A stretch of DNA of 64,000 nt from the NCBI GenBank assembly GCA_002269645.1, contig NIVC01000509.1, positions 124,001-188,000 on the forward strand, written 5' to 3'. A program made the translations under genes and the position numbers. This document shows positions 45,569 to 60,638 of this stretch, piece by piece. The first letter of the stretch is position 1; each line of letters starts with the position of its first letter. This DNA comes from Macrostomum lignano (lineage: Eukaryota). The notes under the pieces were generated by a model. That model worked only from the letters and a program-made list of their open reading frames with translations, ran no database searches and was not told the origin of the DNA.

Positions 45569-48148
45569 ATGGACGCCAGCTTCGTGTCCTGCCCCCTGTG
45601 CTCCCAGCTGTTCACGGAGCCCCGCGAGCTGCCGTGTCGCCACACCGTCTGCCTGCGCTGCTTCCGGTCGCTTCCGGCCGACTGCAGCGGTGGCCGCAGC
45701 TGCCCAGTGTGCGGCCAGGTGTGCGCGGTGCCACCGGAGCAGCTGACGCCGGACGCCAAGACCAGCCAGATGGTGCAGATGTACCGCATGATGACGGCAG
45801 CTGGAGGCACCACGCCGAAGGAGCCGCAGCAGCTGGGAACAGAGGCCGCCTGCTCACAGCTGAACTGCAGCTCACGGAGCGTCAGCGCCTGCGGTCCGGT
45901 GTCCAGAATGTCGGTGTGCGAGTCTCACCTGCAGTCGGAGCTGGAGCAGCTCAGGTCGAAGCTGTCTCGACTCACCGAGTCTCACAGGCGCTTGGAGCCG
46001 GCCAGAAAGAGAATTGTGAGCGCCAAGTGGCGGCTTGAGCACGATGTGCAGACGGTTGAGGAGTTGCTGGGCGAGATGCAGGAGATGCTGGGCCAGACTA
46101 AGAACAGTTTGTGTGCAGAGATTGCCGCCATCCAGGAGCAGGTGTCGGGCTGTCTGCAGAATCTGGAGAGAGTCGACAGACAGGTAGCCAGAGCTCAGGC
46201 TGCCGATGCTGAGCAGCAGACGAACGAAATTTTCAAAGCCAAGTCGCTTCTAAAGAATATAGACTGCGAGCAGCCAGTGATTAACTGTCCGAATTTGCAG
46301 CGTCGTCTTCACTCTTTGACGCTGTTGCTTCAAGTTGAACTTAGCAAGCTTTGCTATCGTTCTGAGCCAGACGTCACTGCTAGTCCTGTGTTGTCTCTCA
46401 ATGCGGATGTTGTTCATAAGTCTCCATATCGGACTTGGTTGCTTAGCAATCGGGTTGAGAGATCCACTCAGAGGCATGGCACTCGCCGACTGAATTCTTC
46501 TACGTCCAGCCGAGGCGGTGCCTCATCGAGTGCTTCGGCATTCAGCAGGAACTCTGCTACGGCTTTCACTGATGCAGTTGCATCTACCGCAGGTAAAACA
46601 GGCACACCAGTTGCTTTCGGCTTTCCTCAATCTATAGAAAGCAATTCAAAAGTTCCTTGGATTAATTTCGGTCAGACAAACCAAAGTGCTCAAGTGCCCG
46701 CGGAGACAGATGAACAGATTGGAGTTTTGCCAATCGGCATGTTCAATTCAACTGGCCTACAATCTTGCTCTGGGCCGACCCGTTTAACAGTGTGCAGCAA
46801 CACTACCGGCTTCTTCATTGGCTTGTTAGGTCAGGTGACATCGGAACGGGGTCCCAACCCGCTGCCAGCTGAGTGCCTGGTTGTGCTCCGGTCGGATTCT
46901 CAAGACTCTCTGCTGTTTATCGACTGTAAGAACTCGGACTCTCGATTTTACTGCAAACTGACAGGCTGGGATCAGAAGCCGAACGACCTGTGCTGGGTGC
47001 CTGGTGGTCCTCGGCTGGCCTTGGCGTCTGGTAGAGGGCCTAGTGGAGCGTCTGCCGAAGGACGTGAACAACTCTCTTTTACGGCTCGTACAAGTTTTGG
47101 ATTGAGCTTTGGCACGTCTTCAGATGCATCTGTCGGCGTTTTTACATCATCTGTTGAAGCACCTAGAAAAGCATCTGCATCAAAACCAGCAGCAACATTT
47201 GCAGCACCACGTCCAACATCATCTTCAGTAACTGCAGCGACATTTTCGTTTGCACCTCCAGCAAAACTTGCATCAACACCTGCAGCGACATTTTCGTTTG
47301 CACCTGCAGTGACATCTGCATCAACAACTGCAGCGACATTTTCGTTTGCACCTGCAGCGACATCTGCATCAACAACTGCAGCGACATTTTCGTTTGCACC
47401 TGCAGCGACATCTGCATCAACAACTGCAGCGACATTTTCGTTTGCACCTGCAGCGACATCTGCATCAACAACTGCAGCGACATTTTCGTTTGCACCTGCA
47501 GCGACATCTGCATCAACAACTGCAGCGACATTTTCGTTTGCACCTGCAGTGACATCTGCATCAACACCTGCAGCACCTGCCGTCGTGTCGGTAGCCCTGG
47601 CAGACCTCAGCGGCTGCATAGTTCGCAGCAGAAAGGTGGACCAGCTGCAGAGGCTGACGGGACTGACAGCCAATGCTGACAAAGTGTTTGTGGCCGGAGT
47701 CTCTGCTGCTCACGCCAGGCTGAGTGTCGTCTGCTTCTCAGCTGAGTCCCTTGAGCTGCAGAGTGTGATTGAGCTCAGCGAGCTGCCAACTGATGCAGCC
47801 TCTGCCGGTGTGTTTGGTATCTCCCTGTGCAAATCGGGTTTGCTGTTCGCCTGTCCGATGAGCAGTCGGCTGCTGCATCACTGCCTGGAGACTGGGGTCA
47901 CCTCAGCATTCTCTGATGAGAAGCTTGGTGAGGGCTCAGCCTTCTGCGCTGATGATCGCGGTCTCGTGTTTGTCGCCAGGCGTGACTATCTGAAGGTGCA
48001 CCTTCCTGACGGTCGCCTGTTGCAGACAGTCGAGAGCTCACCTTCTGCTCCAGTGTCCTGCATTTTCGCTAGCAGTGATCTTATTTTTGTATCTCACCTG
48101 CAGTCTACTGTGGCTCGGGTGTACTCACGTGGAAATTTTTTCAAGTGA
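45569..48148 (+). CDS. TRIM-like RING E3 ligase: C3HC4 RING, degenerate B-box, coiled coil, beta-propeller-like C-terminus with an FxF-repeat insert; 859 aa, intronless
   Basis: CPLC...LPCRHTVCLRC...CPVC RING; Cys/His segment CSQLNC...CGP...CESH; heptad region ~130-260; NHL/WD-like strands (KPNDLCWVPG, LTGLTANADKVFVAG, FCADDRGLVFVA). Confidence 0.8.
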   Translation: MDASFVSCPLCSQLFTEPRELPCRHTVCLRCFRSLPADCSGGRSCPVCGQVCAVPPEQLTPDAKTSQMVQMYRMMTAAGGTTPKEPQQLGTEAACSQLNCSSRSVSACGPVSRMSVCESHLQSELEQLRSKLSRLTESHRRLEPARKRIVSAKWRLEHDVQTVEELLGEMQEMLGQTKNSLCAEIAAIQEQVSGCLQNLERVDRQVARAQAADAEQQTNEIFKAKSLLKNIDCEQPVINCPNLQRRLHSLTLLLQVELSKLCYRSEPDVTASPVLSLNADVVHKSPYRTWLLSNRVERSTQRHGTRRLNSSTSSRGGASSSASAFSRNSATAFTDAVASTAGKTGTPVAFGFPQSIESNSKVPWINFGQTNQSAQVPAETDEQIGVLPIGMFNSTGLQSCSGPTRLTVCSNTTGFFIGLLGQVTSERGPNPLPAECLVVLRSDSQDSLLFIDCKNSDSRFYCKLTGWDQKPNDLCWVPGGPRLALASGRGPSGASAEGREQLSFTARTSFGLSFGTSSDASVGVFTSSVEAPRKASASKPAATFAAPRPTSSSVTAATFSFAPPAKLASTPAATFSFAPAVTSASTTAATFSFAPAATSASTTAATFSFAPAATSASTTAATFSFAPAATSASTTAATFSFAPAATSASTTAATFSFAPAVTSASTPAAPAVVSVALADLSGCIVRSRKVDQLQRLTGLTANADKVFVAGVSAAHARLSVVCFSAESLELQSVIELSELPTDAASAGVFGISLCKSGLLFACPMSSRLLHHCLETGVTSAFSDEKLGEGSAFCADDRGLVFVARRDYLKVHLPDGRLLQTVESSPSAPVSCIFASSDLIFVSHLQSTVARVYSRGNFFK
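47232..47570 (+). repeat. In-frame 48-bp coding repeat, 7 x AATFSFAPAATSASTT
   Basis: Seven units counted in both DNA and protein. Confidence 0.95.
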
Positions 48149-48569
48149 ATCTGACGGCCAAAAAGTTTGTGTGTCAGTCTCAAATTTGAACTTTTCCTTT
48201 GTTGTAAACATGCTCATTACCGTTCAGTTTAGTCTTCCATTTGCTAACATCGCCAGTAAATCTGTGTTCGAAAGATATTTTTCGTAAATATGAGAATATA
48301 TTCAAGGTGCCACTGATCAATCTTTCGAGATACTTGTGATTTTTAAAGCCACCAAGTTGTGTTTAAAGTAAATTTTCAAAAATAACGCGCTATTCTTGCT
48401 GTGTGCTTTGGAAATTGGCATAATTCCAAAGTCGGACTCCGTAACGCTACTGTTTTAATTCAACCGTGTCTGTCTCTAAAAAATTTTAATAAATAAATTC
48501 TACTATTTGTCGATTTTTTTACTCTGATCTTGTTTTCTAACTTATTTAGAGACTAGCCCTGACTCACTG

Positions 48570-49745
48570 CAGCATCAGAGAGTAGCCCTGACCCACAGCA
48601 GCATCAGAGAGCAGCCCTGTCTGACCCACAGCAGCATCAGAGAGTAGCCCTGTCTGACCCACAGCAGCATCAGAGAGCAGCCCTGTCTGACCCACACATC
48701 ATCAGAGAGCAGCCCTGTCTGACCCACAGCAGCATCAGAGAGCAGCCCTGTCTGACCCACACAGCATCAGAGAGCAGCCCTGACCCACAGCAGCATCAGA
48801 GAGTAGCCCTGTCTGACCCACAGCAGCATCAGAGAGCAGCCCTGTCTGACCCACAGCAGCATCAGAGAGTAGCCCTGTCTGACCCACAGCAGCATCAGAG
48901 AGCAGCCCTGTCTGACCCACACATCATCAGAGAGCAGCCCTGTCTGACCCACAGCAGCATCAGAGAGCAGCCCTGTCTGACCCACACAGCATCAGAGAGC
49001 AGCCCTGACCCACAGCAGCATCAGAGAGCAGCCCTGTCTGACCCACAGCAGCATCAGAGAGTAGCCCTGTCTGACCCACAGCAGCATCAGAGAGCAGCCC
49101 TGTCTGACCCACACATCATCAGAGAGCAGCCCTGTCTGACCCACAGCAGCATCAGAGAGCAGCCCTGTCTGACCCACACAGCATCAGAGAGCAGCCCTGA
49201 CCCACAGCAGCATCAGAGAGCAGCCCTGTCTGACCCACAGCAGCATCAGAGAGTAGCCCTGTCTGACCCACAGCAGCATCAGAGAGCAGCCCTGTCTGAC
49301 CCACACAGCATCAGAGAGCAGCCCTGTCTGACCCACAGCAGCATCAGAGAGCAGCCCTGTCTGACCCACACAGCATCAGAGAGCAGCCCTGACCCACAGC
49401 AGCATCAGAGAGCAGCCCTGTCTGACCCACAGCAGCATCAGAGAGCAGCCCTGTCTGACCCACAGCAGCATCAGAGAGCAGCCCTGTCTGACCCACACAG
49501 CATCAGAGAGTAGCCCTGTCTGACCCACAGCAGCATCAGAGAGCAGCCCTGTCTGACCCACACAGCATCAGAGAGCAGCCCTGTCTGACCCACACAGCAT
49601 CAGAGAGCAGCCCTGTCTGACCCACACAGCATCAGAGAGCAGCCCTGTCTGACCCACACAGCATCAGAGAGCAGCCCTGTCTGACCCACACAGCATCAGA
49701 GAGCAGCCCTGACCCACAGCAGCATCAGAGAGCAGCCCTGACCCA
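48570..49745. repeat. 28-33-bp minisatellite (CAGCATCAGAGAGCAGCCCTGTCTGACCCACAG) upstream of POLR2D
   Basis: Direct observation; higher-order ~192-bp periodicity is reflected in the repeated spurious ORFs. Confidence 0.96.
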
Positions 49746-49792
49746 CATAAGTCCTCATCTTCACCTGCAGCTCCAGCCATCTCAGCGTCATC

Positions 49793-50212
49793 ATGAGTCA
49801 GCCTCTCCCCAACGAGGTGCCCGAAGAGGACGCCAGCGAGCTTCGCTTTCCGCTTGAGTTCGACAAGGCGCAGACCCTCACAGTGTCTGAGGTCAGGCAG
49901 ATTCTCGAGAAGCGCAAAGCCGCTAACGAGCAGCGCGAAGAAGAACTTGAGCCCAGCGAAGTGGAGACGAAAACCCTCAATTATTGCCAGCGATTCGCCA
50001 AGTTCAACAACGAAGAGACCATTAGCGCTGTGCGCGACCTGCTGCAGGGCAAGAAGCTGCATAATTTCGAATTAGCGGCCATCGCTAACTTGTGCCCGGA
50101 GACAGCCGAGGAGGCCAAAGCGCTGATTCCCAGCTTAGCTGGTCGATTTGAGGACGAAGATCTCAACCAGATACTGGAGGATCTGCGCACGAAGATCAGC
50201 TTCCAGTTGTGA
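49793..50212 (+). CDS. POLR2D: RNA polymerase II subunit RPB4, 139 aa
   Basis: EEDASEL.FP.EF...[58 protein letters not shown]. Confidence 0.96.
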   Translation: MSQPLPNEVPEEDASELRFPLEFDKAQTLTVSEVRQILEKRKAANEQREEELEPSEVETKTLNYCQRFAKFNNEETISAVRDLLQGKKLHNFELAAIANLCPETAEEAKALIPSLAGRFEDEDLNQILEDLRTKISFQL

Positions 50213-50419
50213 ACTCCTTCAAGCATTGCGAGCTAACTATCTCTTCTATCATTGTTGTTACAATTTTGATTACGCATTTATAAAATTAGCGTTCAGTTTC
50301 GCTGTGTACTGAAGGGTCGGCAAACTTTTATTACGTCAAATGCCAGATAGAGTCCAGCTTATGGCTGCGGGCCAGTTGAGAGTGGAAAGGGGACGGAATA
50401 GAAGATGAAAGAAGAGAGG

Positions 50420-51280
50420 TGAGGTGAGAGATAGAATGATAAAAAATATAGAAGAGAAGGGAGAGGAGAAAGGAGAGGGGAGAGAGGAGAGGGGAGAGGG
50501 GAAAGAGGAGAAAGGAGAGAGGGGAGAGTGGAGAAAGGCGAGGGGAGAGAGGAGAAAGGAGAGGAGAGAGGGGAGAGTGAAGAAAGGAGAGGGGAGAGAG
50601 GAGAAAGGAGAGGAGAGAGGGGAGAGTGGAGAAAGGAGAGAGGGGAGAGGAGAAATGAGAGAGGGGAGAGTGGAGAAAGGAGAGGGGAGAAAGGAGAGGG
50701 GAGAGGGGAGAGAGGAGAAAGGAGAGGGGAGAGAGGAGAAAGGAGAGGAGAAATGGGACAGGGGAGAGGAGAGAGGGGAGAGAGGAGAAAGGAGAGAGGA
50801 GAAAGGCGAGGAGAGAGGGGAGAGTGGAGAAAGGAGAGAGGGGAGAGGAGAAATGAGAGAGGGGAGAGTGGAGAAAGGAGAGGGGAGAGAGGAGAGGGGA
50901 GAGAGGAGAAAGGAGAGGGGAGAGTGGAGAAAGAAGAGAGGGGAGAGTGGAGAAAGGAGAGAGGGGAGAGGAGAAATGAGAGAGGGGAGAGTGGAGAAAG
51001 GAGAGGGGAGAGAGGAGAAAGGAGAGGGGAGAGTGGAGAAAGAAGAGAGGGGAGAGGAGAAAGGAGAGGGGAGAGTGGAGAAAGGAGAGGGGAGAGTGGA
51101 GAAAGGAGAGAGGGGAGAGGAGAAAGGAGAGAGGGGAGAGGAGAAAGGAGAGAGGGGAGAGGAGAAAGGAGAGGGGAGAGAGGAGAAAGGAGAGAGGGGA
51201 GAGGAGAAAGGAGAGGGGAGAGTGGAGAAAGAAGAGGGGAGAGAGGAGAAAGGAGAGGGGAGAAAAGAGAGAAAGCTGAG
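50420..51280. repeat. ~860-bp near-pure polypurine (GA-rich) low-complexity array
   Basis: GGAGAGGGGAGAGGAGAAA-type units with only scattered T or C. Confidence 0.95.
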
Positions 51281-51625
51281 AAGAGACAAACCTTGGCCCA
51301 CATCAAGGATTACTATTGTGAAGTTTCAAAGGACCCGAGAGTGGCCGATCCCTGGTGCACTGTGTACTCTTATAATAACGCTCTTGGTTTGTCTTTTAGC
51401 ATTGTAAAAAAATGGGGTAACTATAAGAATCCTTTCAATATTAACATAAGTTAATTGCAGCCATTCAAATATAATTGTTAGTCCACGTCACTCTATCTTA
51501 TTATAATTATTATCTTAAGCAATTAGTGCTCATTAAACTTTGCAACCAAATTCTTTCAATATGATTTAATTAATCATTCAATATTATAAGCCGAGTTTGC
51601 AAGTTATCAAACAGCGGGTTATTAA

Positions 51626-54456
51626 TCAGCCATAATAAAATATACAAAACGCTATCAACAGTCCCGGCAGTACGTTGAAACAGACGAAGAACACGCAGAA
51701 ATCAATCGATATGATTGTGTTCTGATAAAATATAACCAATATTACTAGCATTAGCGGATAGCCAAAGTGGTATAGGTATACAGATACTGGCGCGATGTAC
51801 CAGTTGAAGATAAACAGCTGCACCGTGTTCTCGCTGGGCAGGAGGCGTCGCCGATCTTCAATGTACCCTTGGAATCCCTGGATTAGCCACGGTGAGATGC
51901 ACGATAGTTTCAGGTTCATGTTATGGGCTTGACACCTCACTAGTAGGCCTAGCAACCATGTACTGTCTAGGGGTCCTAGCAACCATGTGCTTTTTAGGGG
52001 CCCTAGCAACCGCGTCCTTTCTAGCGTCCCTAGCAACCATGTACTTTCTAGGGGCCATAGCAACCATGTACTTTCGAGGGTCCATAGGAGCCATGTACTT
52101 TCGAGGGTCCATAGCAACCACGTTTTTTCGAGGGTCCCTATAGACCATGTACGTTCTAGAGGCCGTAGCAACCGTGTCCTTTCTAGCGTGTACTTTCGAG
52201 GGTCCCTAGCAACCATATCCTTATTATCGTCCGTAGCAACCGGAGTAATCTACGTCCTGATGTCCCTGCAATCATATTTTGTTTTCCTGGTTTACAGAGG
52301 GGAATTGCTGAGATGTCGGCTTACGGGGGGAATTGGTAACCCTCTGCAAAGCAGCTTTATTGTAGGCATATATTTCACCGAGAGCATAGTAATTCACAAC
52401 TATACGCAGTGTACTCACAGTGCTCAAATGAATACTGATGCAGTCGAAAATCTTCACTACTGGAAAGAACAACTGCACACAGGTCCAACTGTAGGCCTCC
52501 AGATGTTGCATCAGACTGTTCAAGCTGAGCAGGTGCAGACTGATCACTGCAGCAAACCGCACCAGCACCAGCACTAGCACTAGATTGGGGCGAGTATTTG
52601 ATATTCGCAATGCCTGGAAATCGCTAGTCAGCAAGTAAGCGCATGAGAGCATCAAGCTGACGAGCAAGAACAGTATCTGAAAATGTCCGATAAATATTTG
52701 TTAATAAATCACGGTGTGAAGTCTGCATTGATATGGTAATTGATCTAGTATATCTTGAATGACTTTGAGTTCTACAAATCTTGACTCTGAGCTATGCCAT
52801 TTGACTCTGAGCTATGCCATTTGACTCTGAGCTGTGCCATTTGACTCTGAGCTGTGCCATTTGACTCTGAGCTATGCCATTTGACTCTGAGCTGTGCCAT
52901 TTGACTCTGAACTATGCCATTTGACTCTGAGCTATGCCATTTGACTCTGCGCTATGCCATTTGACTCTGAACTATGCCATTCGACTCTGGACTATGCCAT
53001 TTGACCCTGGGCTATGACATTTGACTCTGAGCTATGCCATTCGACTCTGGACTATGCCATTTGACCCTGGGCTATGACCTTTGACTCTGAGCTATGCCAT
53101 TCGACTCTAAGCTATGCCATTCGACTCTGGACTATGCCATTTGACTCTGGACTATGCCATTTGACTCTGAGCTATGTCATTTGACTCTGAGCTATGCCAT
53201 TTGACCCTGGGCTATGCCATTTGACTCTAAGCTATGCCATTTGACTCTGAGCTGTGTCATCTTGTTCAAGCTCACCTGGAACGGCAGGTACACAATCCAG
53301 GGCACGGAGCCGGTGGTCTCGCGAAACATCAGCACCGACTCGCCAACCAGCAGAGCTCCCCTGAGAGACGCCTCTTTGAATACAAAACGGCTGCTGTTGA
53401 ATAGGGCCGGCGTCATGTCCGGCATGGACATGAACTGGCTGGTGTCAATTCTGGCGCCGCTATCGCTGCTGCAGAGGTGCTCCACAGCGGCCTGGCGCAG
53501 ATAGTTGAGTCCGGAAAATGTGCAGGCCATGGCGGTGTCCACCAGGCACACCAGAACCGACAGGGACACGAAGTTCCTGCGAACTGGCGGGCCAGCCCGG
53601 GATCCGATGATGCTGATGCTGAATCCCATCACGCCCAGGCTATGGGAGGAGAATAGCAGAGCGTTAGTCAGAGATTTGTCGAACGACTGTATCAGATGGG
53701 GATTCTCTTTCTTCTCGTTTGCGCCGCTCAACGGCCTGCCAACAAAGTGCAGCAGCAGAGTGAAAACGCACAGCACTACCAGGGCGATGTAGACGCGCCC
53801 GATGGCTCCTAGGTCGGCATGGACCGGCCGAAGAGCAGAGCGTAGACCAACATTAAAACGGACATCATGCACATTGTGTAGAAGAATATGCTGCCAGGGT
53901 CGCTGAACAGGGCGTGGATCGTGCAGGCCACCTCGCTTCTGTCCCGCACCAGGCAGGACGGCTGCAGCAGGCGGAGCTCCTGCTGCTCAGAATCCTTGCT
54001 GGCCTCTCCCATGTTGATGGCGCTAATTGATGCCGAGCCGTTGTCTTGCTGAATCTGCTTGGTGTAGATGCGGCAGTTGTCGGAGTAGAGAGGCAGCAGC
54101 TCAGCGCTGCGCGGAGCGACTAGAGTGAAGAATTGCGTCATGGTGACCACGATCTTATTGTGCGCCTCGCCGACCGCCAGCTGGGTGATCTGCATCAGCG
54201 AGATGGCCTCGTAGCAGAGGAGCCACTTCCTGAACTTCGGGCTCCGGTTCCTGGAATCGTCGACCATGAGGTAGGAGCTCTCCTCGGCGAATGCTGGGAT
54301 GCCGAACAGCAGCACAATAATGGAGTAGAGACCCAGGAAGGAGGCGCCGCCGTACTCGTAGGCGCTCGCGGGCACAAGGAACATGTCGAAGAAGCCGACA
54401 CAATAATACACGTTGAATGCAAAGAAGTCGAAGCCTTTATCGAAAAGCTTTACCAT
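51626..54456 (-). CDS. Divergent SLC6 (sodium:neurotransmitter symporter)-like membrane protein, copy A, ~563 aa; one 1-nt frameshift at ~53815
   Basis: Exons 54456-53276, 52676-52419 and 51877-51626. The N-terminus aligns in register with SLC6 TM1-TM2 (VG..D...VP..AYEYGG.SFL..Y......GIP). Intron positions and exon-2 length (258 nt) are identical to copy B. Relative to copy B one base is missing after GRSM. Confidence 0.72.
51945..52240. repeat. Degenerate ~27-bp minisatellite (CCCTAGCAACCATGTACTTTCTAGGGG) in copy A intron 2
   Basis: Recurrent CTAGCAACC core. Confidence 0.85.
52785..53255. repeat. 20-bp minisatellite (CTATGCCATTTGACTCTGAG) in copy A intron 1
   Basis: Direct observation. Confidence 0.95.
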
Positions 54457-55609
54457 GTTTTTACTGGTGTCCGAATGAAAAAAGTGTAATATTTACACTA
54501 TAGAAGCTGTGCTCTGTTGTCCTTATTTTCAAGGGCATCAGCCCTAGCATTTTCGAGGTCGTCAGTGTGTCTCTTGTTGTCTCAAGTTGTCTATGGTTCA
54601 ACAAAGTTCAACTAAGTTCAACAGACTCGATCGGCACAACCAAAGCAAAGTAGAAATTGAAAAACTGACGAATACAGTGTTGCTTGAAAAATACAAGTAA
54701 GTCAATAGAAGAAAAGAAGGTCCTCACGCACGTTCAAGCTGATTTAGCTGTTCAAAATGTCGGGTAATCTCCTCTCGAGAGATTAGCTCGATCTCCTTCA
54801 AATATCGGCTGTTCGACTCTGATAACGTCTGTCGGCATACCGGAAACCATTTTAATGATTGATGAAGTGGTTTTATACTACATTGACGCCCGCAAAAACA
54901 AATCTCAAGTGCTATATACTATTTTAAGGGCTATCCTATAATATTAAAATTCAGCACAACTTTTTGGTACGCTGTTTTCTAGTGTATCAGATAAGGATAA
55001 AAAGAAGAACGAAGGGACGAGGAGATGTTCGAAGAAGCAGGGAGATATTGAAGAAGAAATCGGTGACGCCAGATGCTGAGGTCGAACCCTGAGGGCCAAA
55101 CGGACGAGTGTCTGGTGGAGACAGAGCCCGCCTTATTGACGCACACGGGAACGGGCAGGATTATGTCCATCTTGCTCGACTCGTTAACATCAAGACTGCT
55201 CTCTTTCCAAGAAACTACGTTCTTGGAAAATTTCAGGAGGCATTTTTAAACAACAGTACACAACAAAAAGCAGGGGCTGCGCCCGGGGCCTCAGCTATGT
55301 TAATCTCAGTTGCTTTTTAATAAGTTGGAATTTGCTGCAATTTGCAAATTCACTGGATTGTCTATGGCATTCGGATGGGTCAGTTTAGTGCATTCGTGTA
55401 CTAAATTAAATGCACTTTTCTTACCAAGAAATAGGACACTGGTAAAATGGTATAGTGCTGCTAACCTACAGGAAGTTTAAGAGTTTTGTCTATGGTAAAG
55501 CAGAAGTTTCCTTGACGATGCTAAGCGGATACTACGAGCACTAATCCTTCGATAACTTTTAGGAAGTACCATTGTCTAAATCCTTCATCCTTAAGCGCGA
55601 ATAGAAACA

Positions 55610-58815
<3,206 letters not shown>

Positions 58816-58939
58816 GAGTTGCAATTCGGATCTGAGCTGTTAATGCTGGGACTCCTGTTGTTCGCGTGCGTGTTGAATTCAAAATATTGCATTGCTGATT
58901 CTGATCGCTAACAGCTTGTATATTTTTGTCTTAGACGCT

Positions 58940-59755
58940 TTATGGCATCCAGTGATATCTACATGAAGAGTGACAGCATCCAGTGATATCTACCTGAAGA
59001 GTGACAGCATCCAGTGACACTTTACATGTAGAGTCACAGCATCCAGTGATATCTACCTGAAGAGTGACAGCATCCAGTGACACTTTACATGTAGAGTGAC
59101 AGCATCCAGTGACACTGTACACATAGTGACAGCATCCAGTGACACTTTACATGTAGAGTGACAGCACCCAGTGACACTTTACATGTAGAGTGACAGCATC
59201 CAGTGACACTACAGAGTGACAGCATCCAGTGACACTTTACATGTAGAGTGACAGCATCCAGTGACACTACAGAGTGACAGCATCCAGTGACACTACAGAG
59301 TGATAGCATCCAGAGACACACTTTACATGTAGAGTGACAGCACCCAGTGACACTTTACATGTAGAGTGACAGCATCCAGTGACACTACAGAGTGACAGCA
59401 TCCAGTGACACTACAGAGTGACAGCATCCAGTGACACTACAGAGTGACAGCATCGATCCAGTGACACTACAGAGTGACAGCATCCATGCAGTGACACTAC
59501 AGAGTGACAGCATCCATGCAGTGACACTACAGAGTGACAGCATCCAGTGACACTACAGAGTGACAGCATCGATCCAGTGACACTACAGAGTGACAGCATC
59601 CATGCAGTGACACTACAGAGTGACAGCATCCATGCAGTGACACTACAGAGTGACAGCATCCAGTGACACTACAGAGTGACAGCATCCAGTGACAATTTAC
59701 ATGTAGAGTGACAGCATCCAGTGACACTGTACATGTAGTGACAGCATCCAGTGAC
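58940..59755. repeat. ~26-bp minisatellite family (GACAGCATCCAGTGACACTACAGAGT and longer variants)
   Basis: Direct observation. Confidence 0.93.
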
Positions 59756-60311
59756 ACTATTGAAGCATTTAATTACTTATCGAAAAAATGTCTTCATTGC
59801 ATACCTTGTTTTTTAAATATATTTTTGGCAGTATGTAATAATGAAACTATTTGGCATGGAAGTTGTATGCACACGGGCATGATGCAATGGATACTGCTAA
59901 CAATAATGAAAATAGATTAGATAGAGATTTTTTTACAGTTTTGGCTTTCAATTCACAGAGATTGCAGCAGGTTGTGTACACATTGACAAAAGTCATATTG
60001 ATGAGTCAGATTAGGGACTAACTGGAAATGAGTTAAACCATATTGGAAGAATTTGGAACATTTATTACTACTGTTAGTAACAGAAAATGGCAATACCAAG
60101 CAAAGTGAATGCAGAATAAAAAGTAATGATTTATTAAAGAAATCATTGACAATAATGAGAGAAGTTTTGCTTTTCTGTATGGACAGTACCGGTATGTAAC
60201 AGTGAGCAGAATCAGTTAATTGTTAAATATTGACACCAAAGGCCAGTTCTTGCTACAAAATCGCTGAAAACTTATGGCACATAAAAATTGTAATTCTACA
60301 TTTCTGTATAA

Positions 60312-60445
60312 GGTTGTGGCCTAGCGGTCAGAGCGTCTGACTCACGACTGAAAGGTCGGGGGTTCGATTCTCGACCCCCTCGGAACAATTTGTGTCCTTG
60401 AGCAAGACAGTTTACTCCTCTGCATTGCTTCAGTTCACCCAGCTG
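60312..60445 (+). mobile_element. tRNA-derived SINE with CORE-like domain (3'-truncated)
   Basis: A box TGGCCTAGCGG (60317-60327), B box GGTTCGATTCT (60361-60371), then the CORE-like segment at 60391-60445. The anticodon stem does not pair. Confidence 0.75.
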
Positions 60446-60638
60446 ACTGGGGGTTTTGCCATAGACAAAATCGGTAACGAAAAATCCTATTTCTAAGAAA
60501 ACCGAGTGTAGCGCCCTCCCATTGTTGTTGTACATGCAGTACATGTAGAGCACATTTAAAATGTATCAATCGGTGAACAGGGTCATAAATTCAATAAATT
60601 TATCGTGGAGTATTCATTGTTAATAAATCAGATTCATT

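Noticed and set aside
51295-51390. DYYCEVSKDPRVADPWCTVY, vaguely kringle-like
   Set aside because: An isolated match without the kringle Cys spacing, splice sites or a start codon.
60312-60385. tRNA-Val(CAC) gene
   Set aside because: The anticodon and acceptor stems are mismatched and the sequence continues directly into a SINE body.
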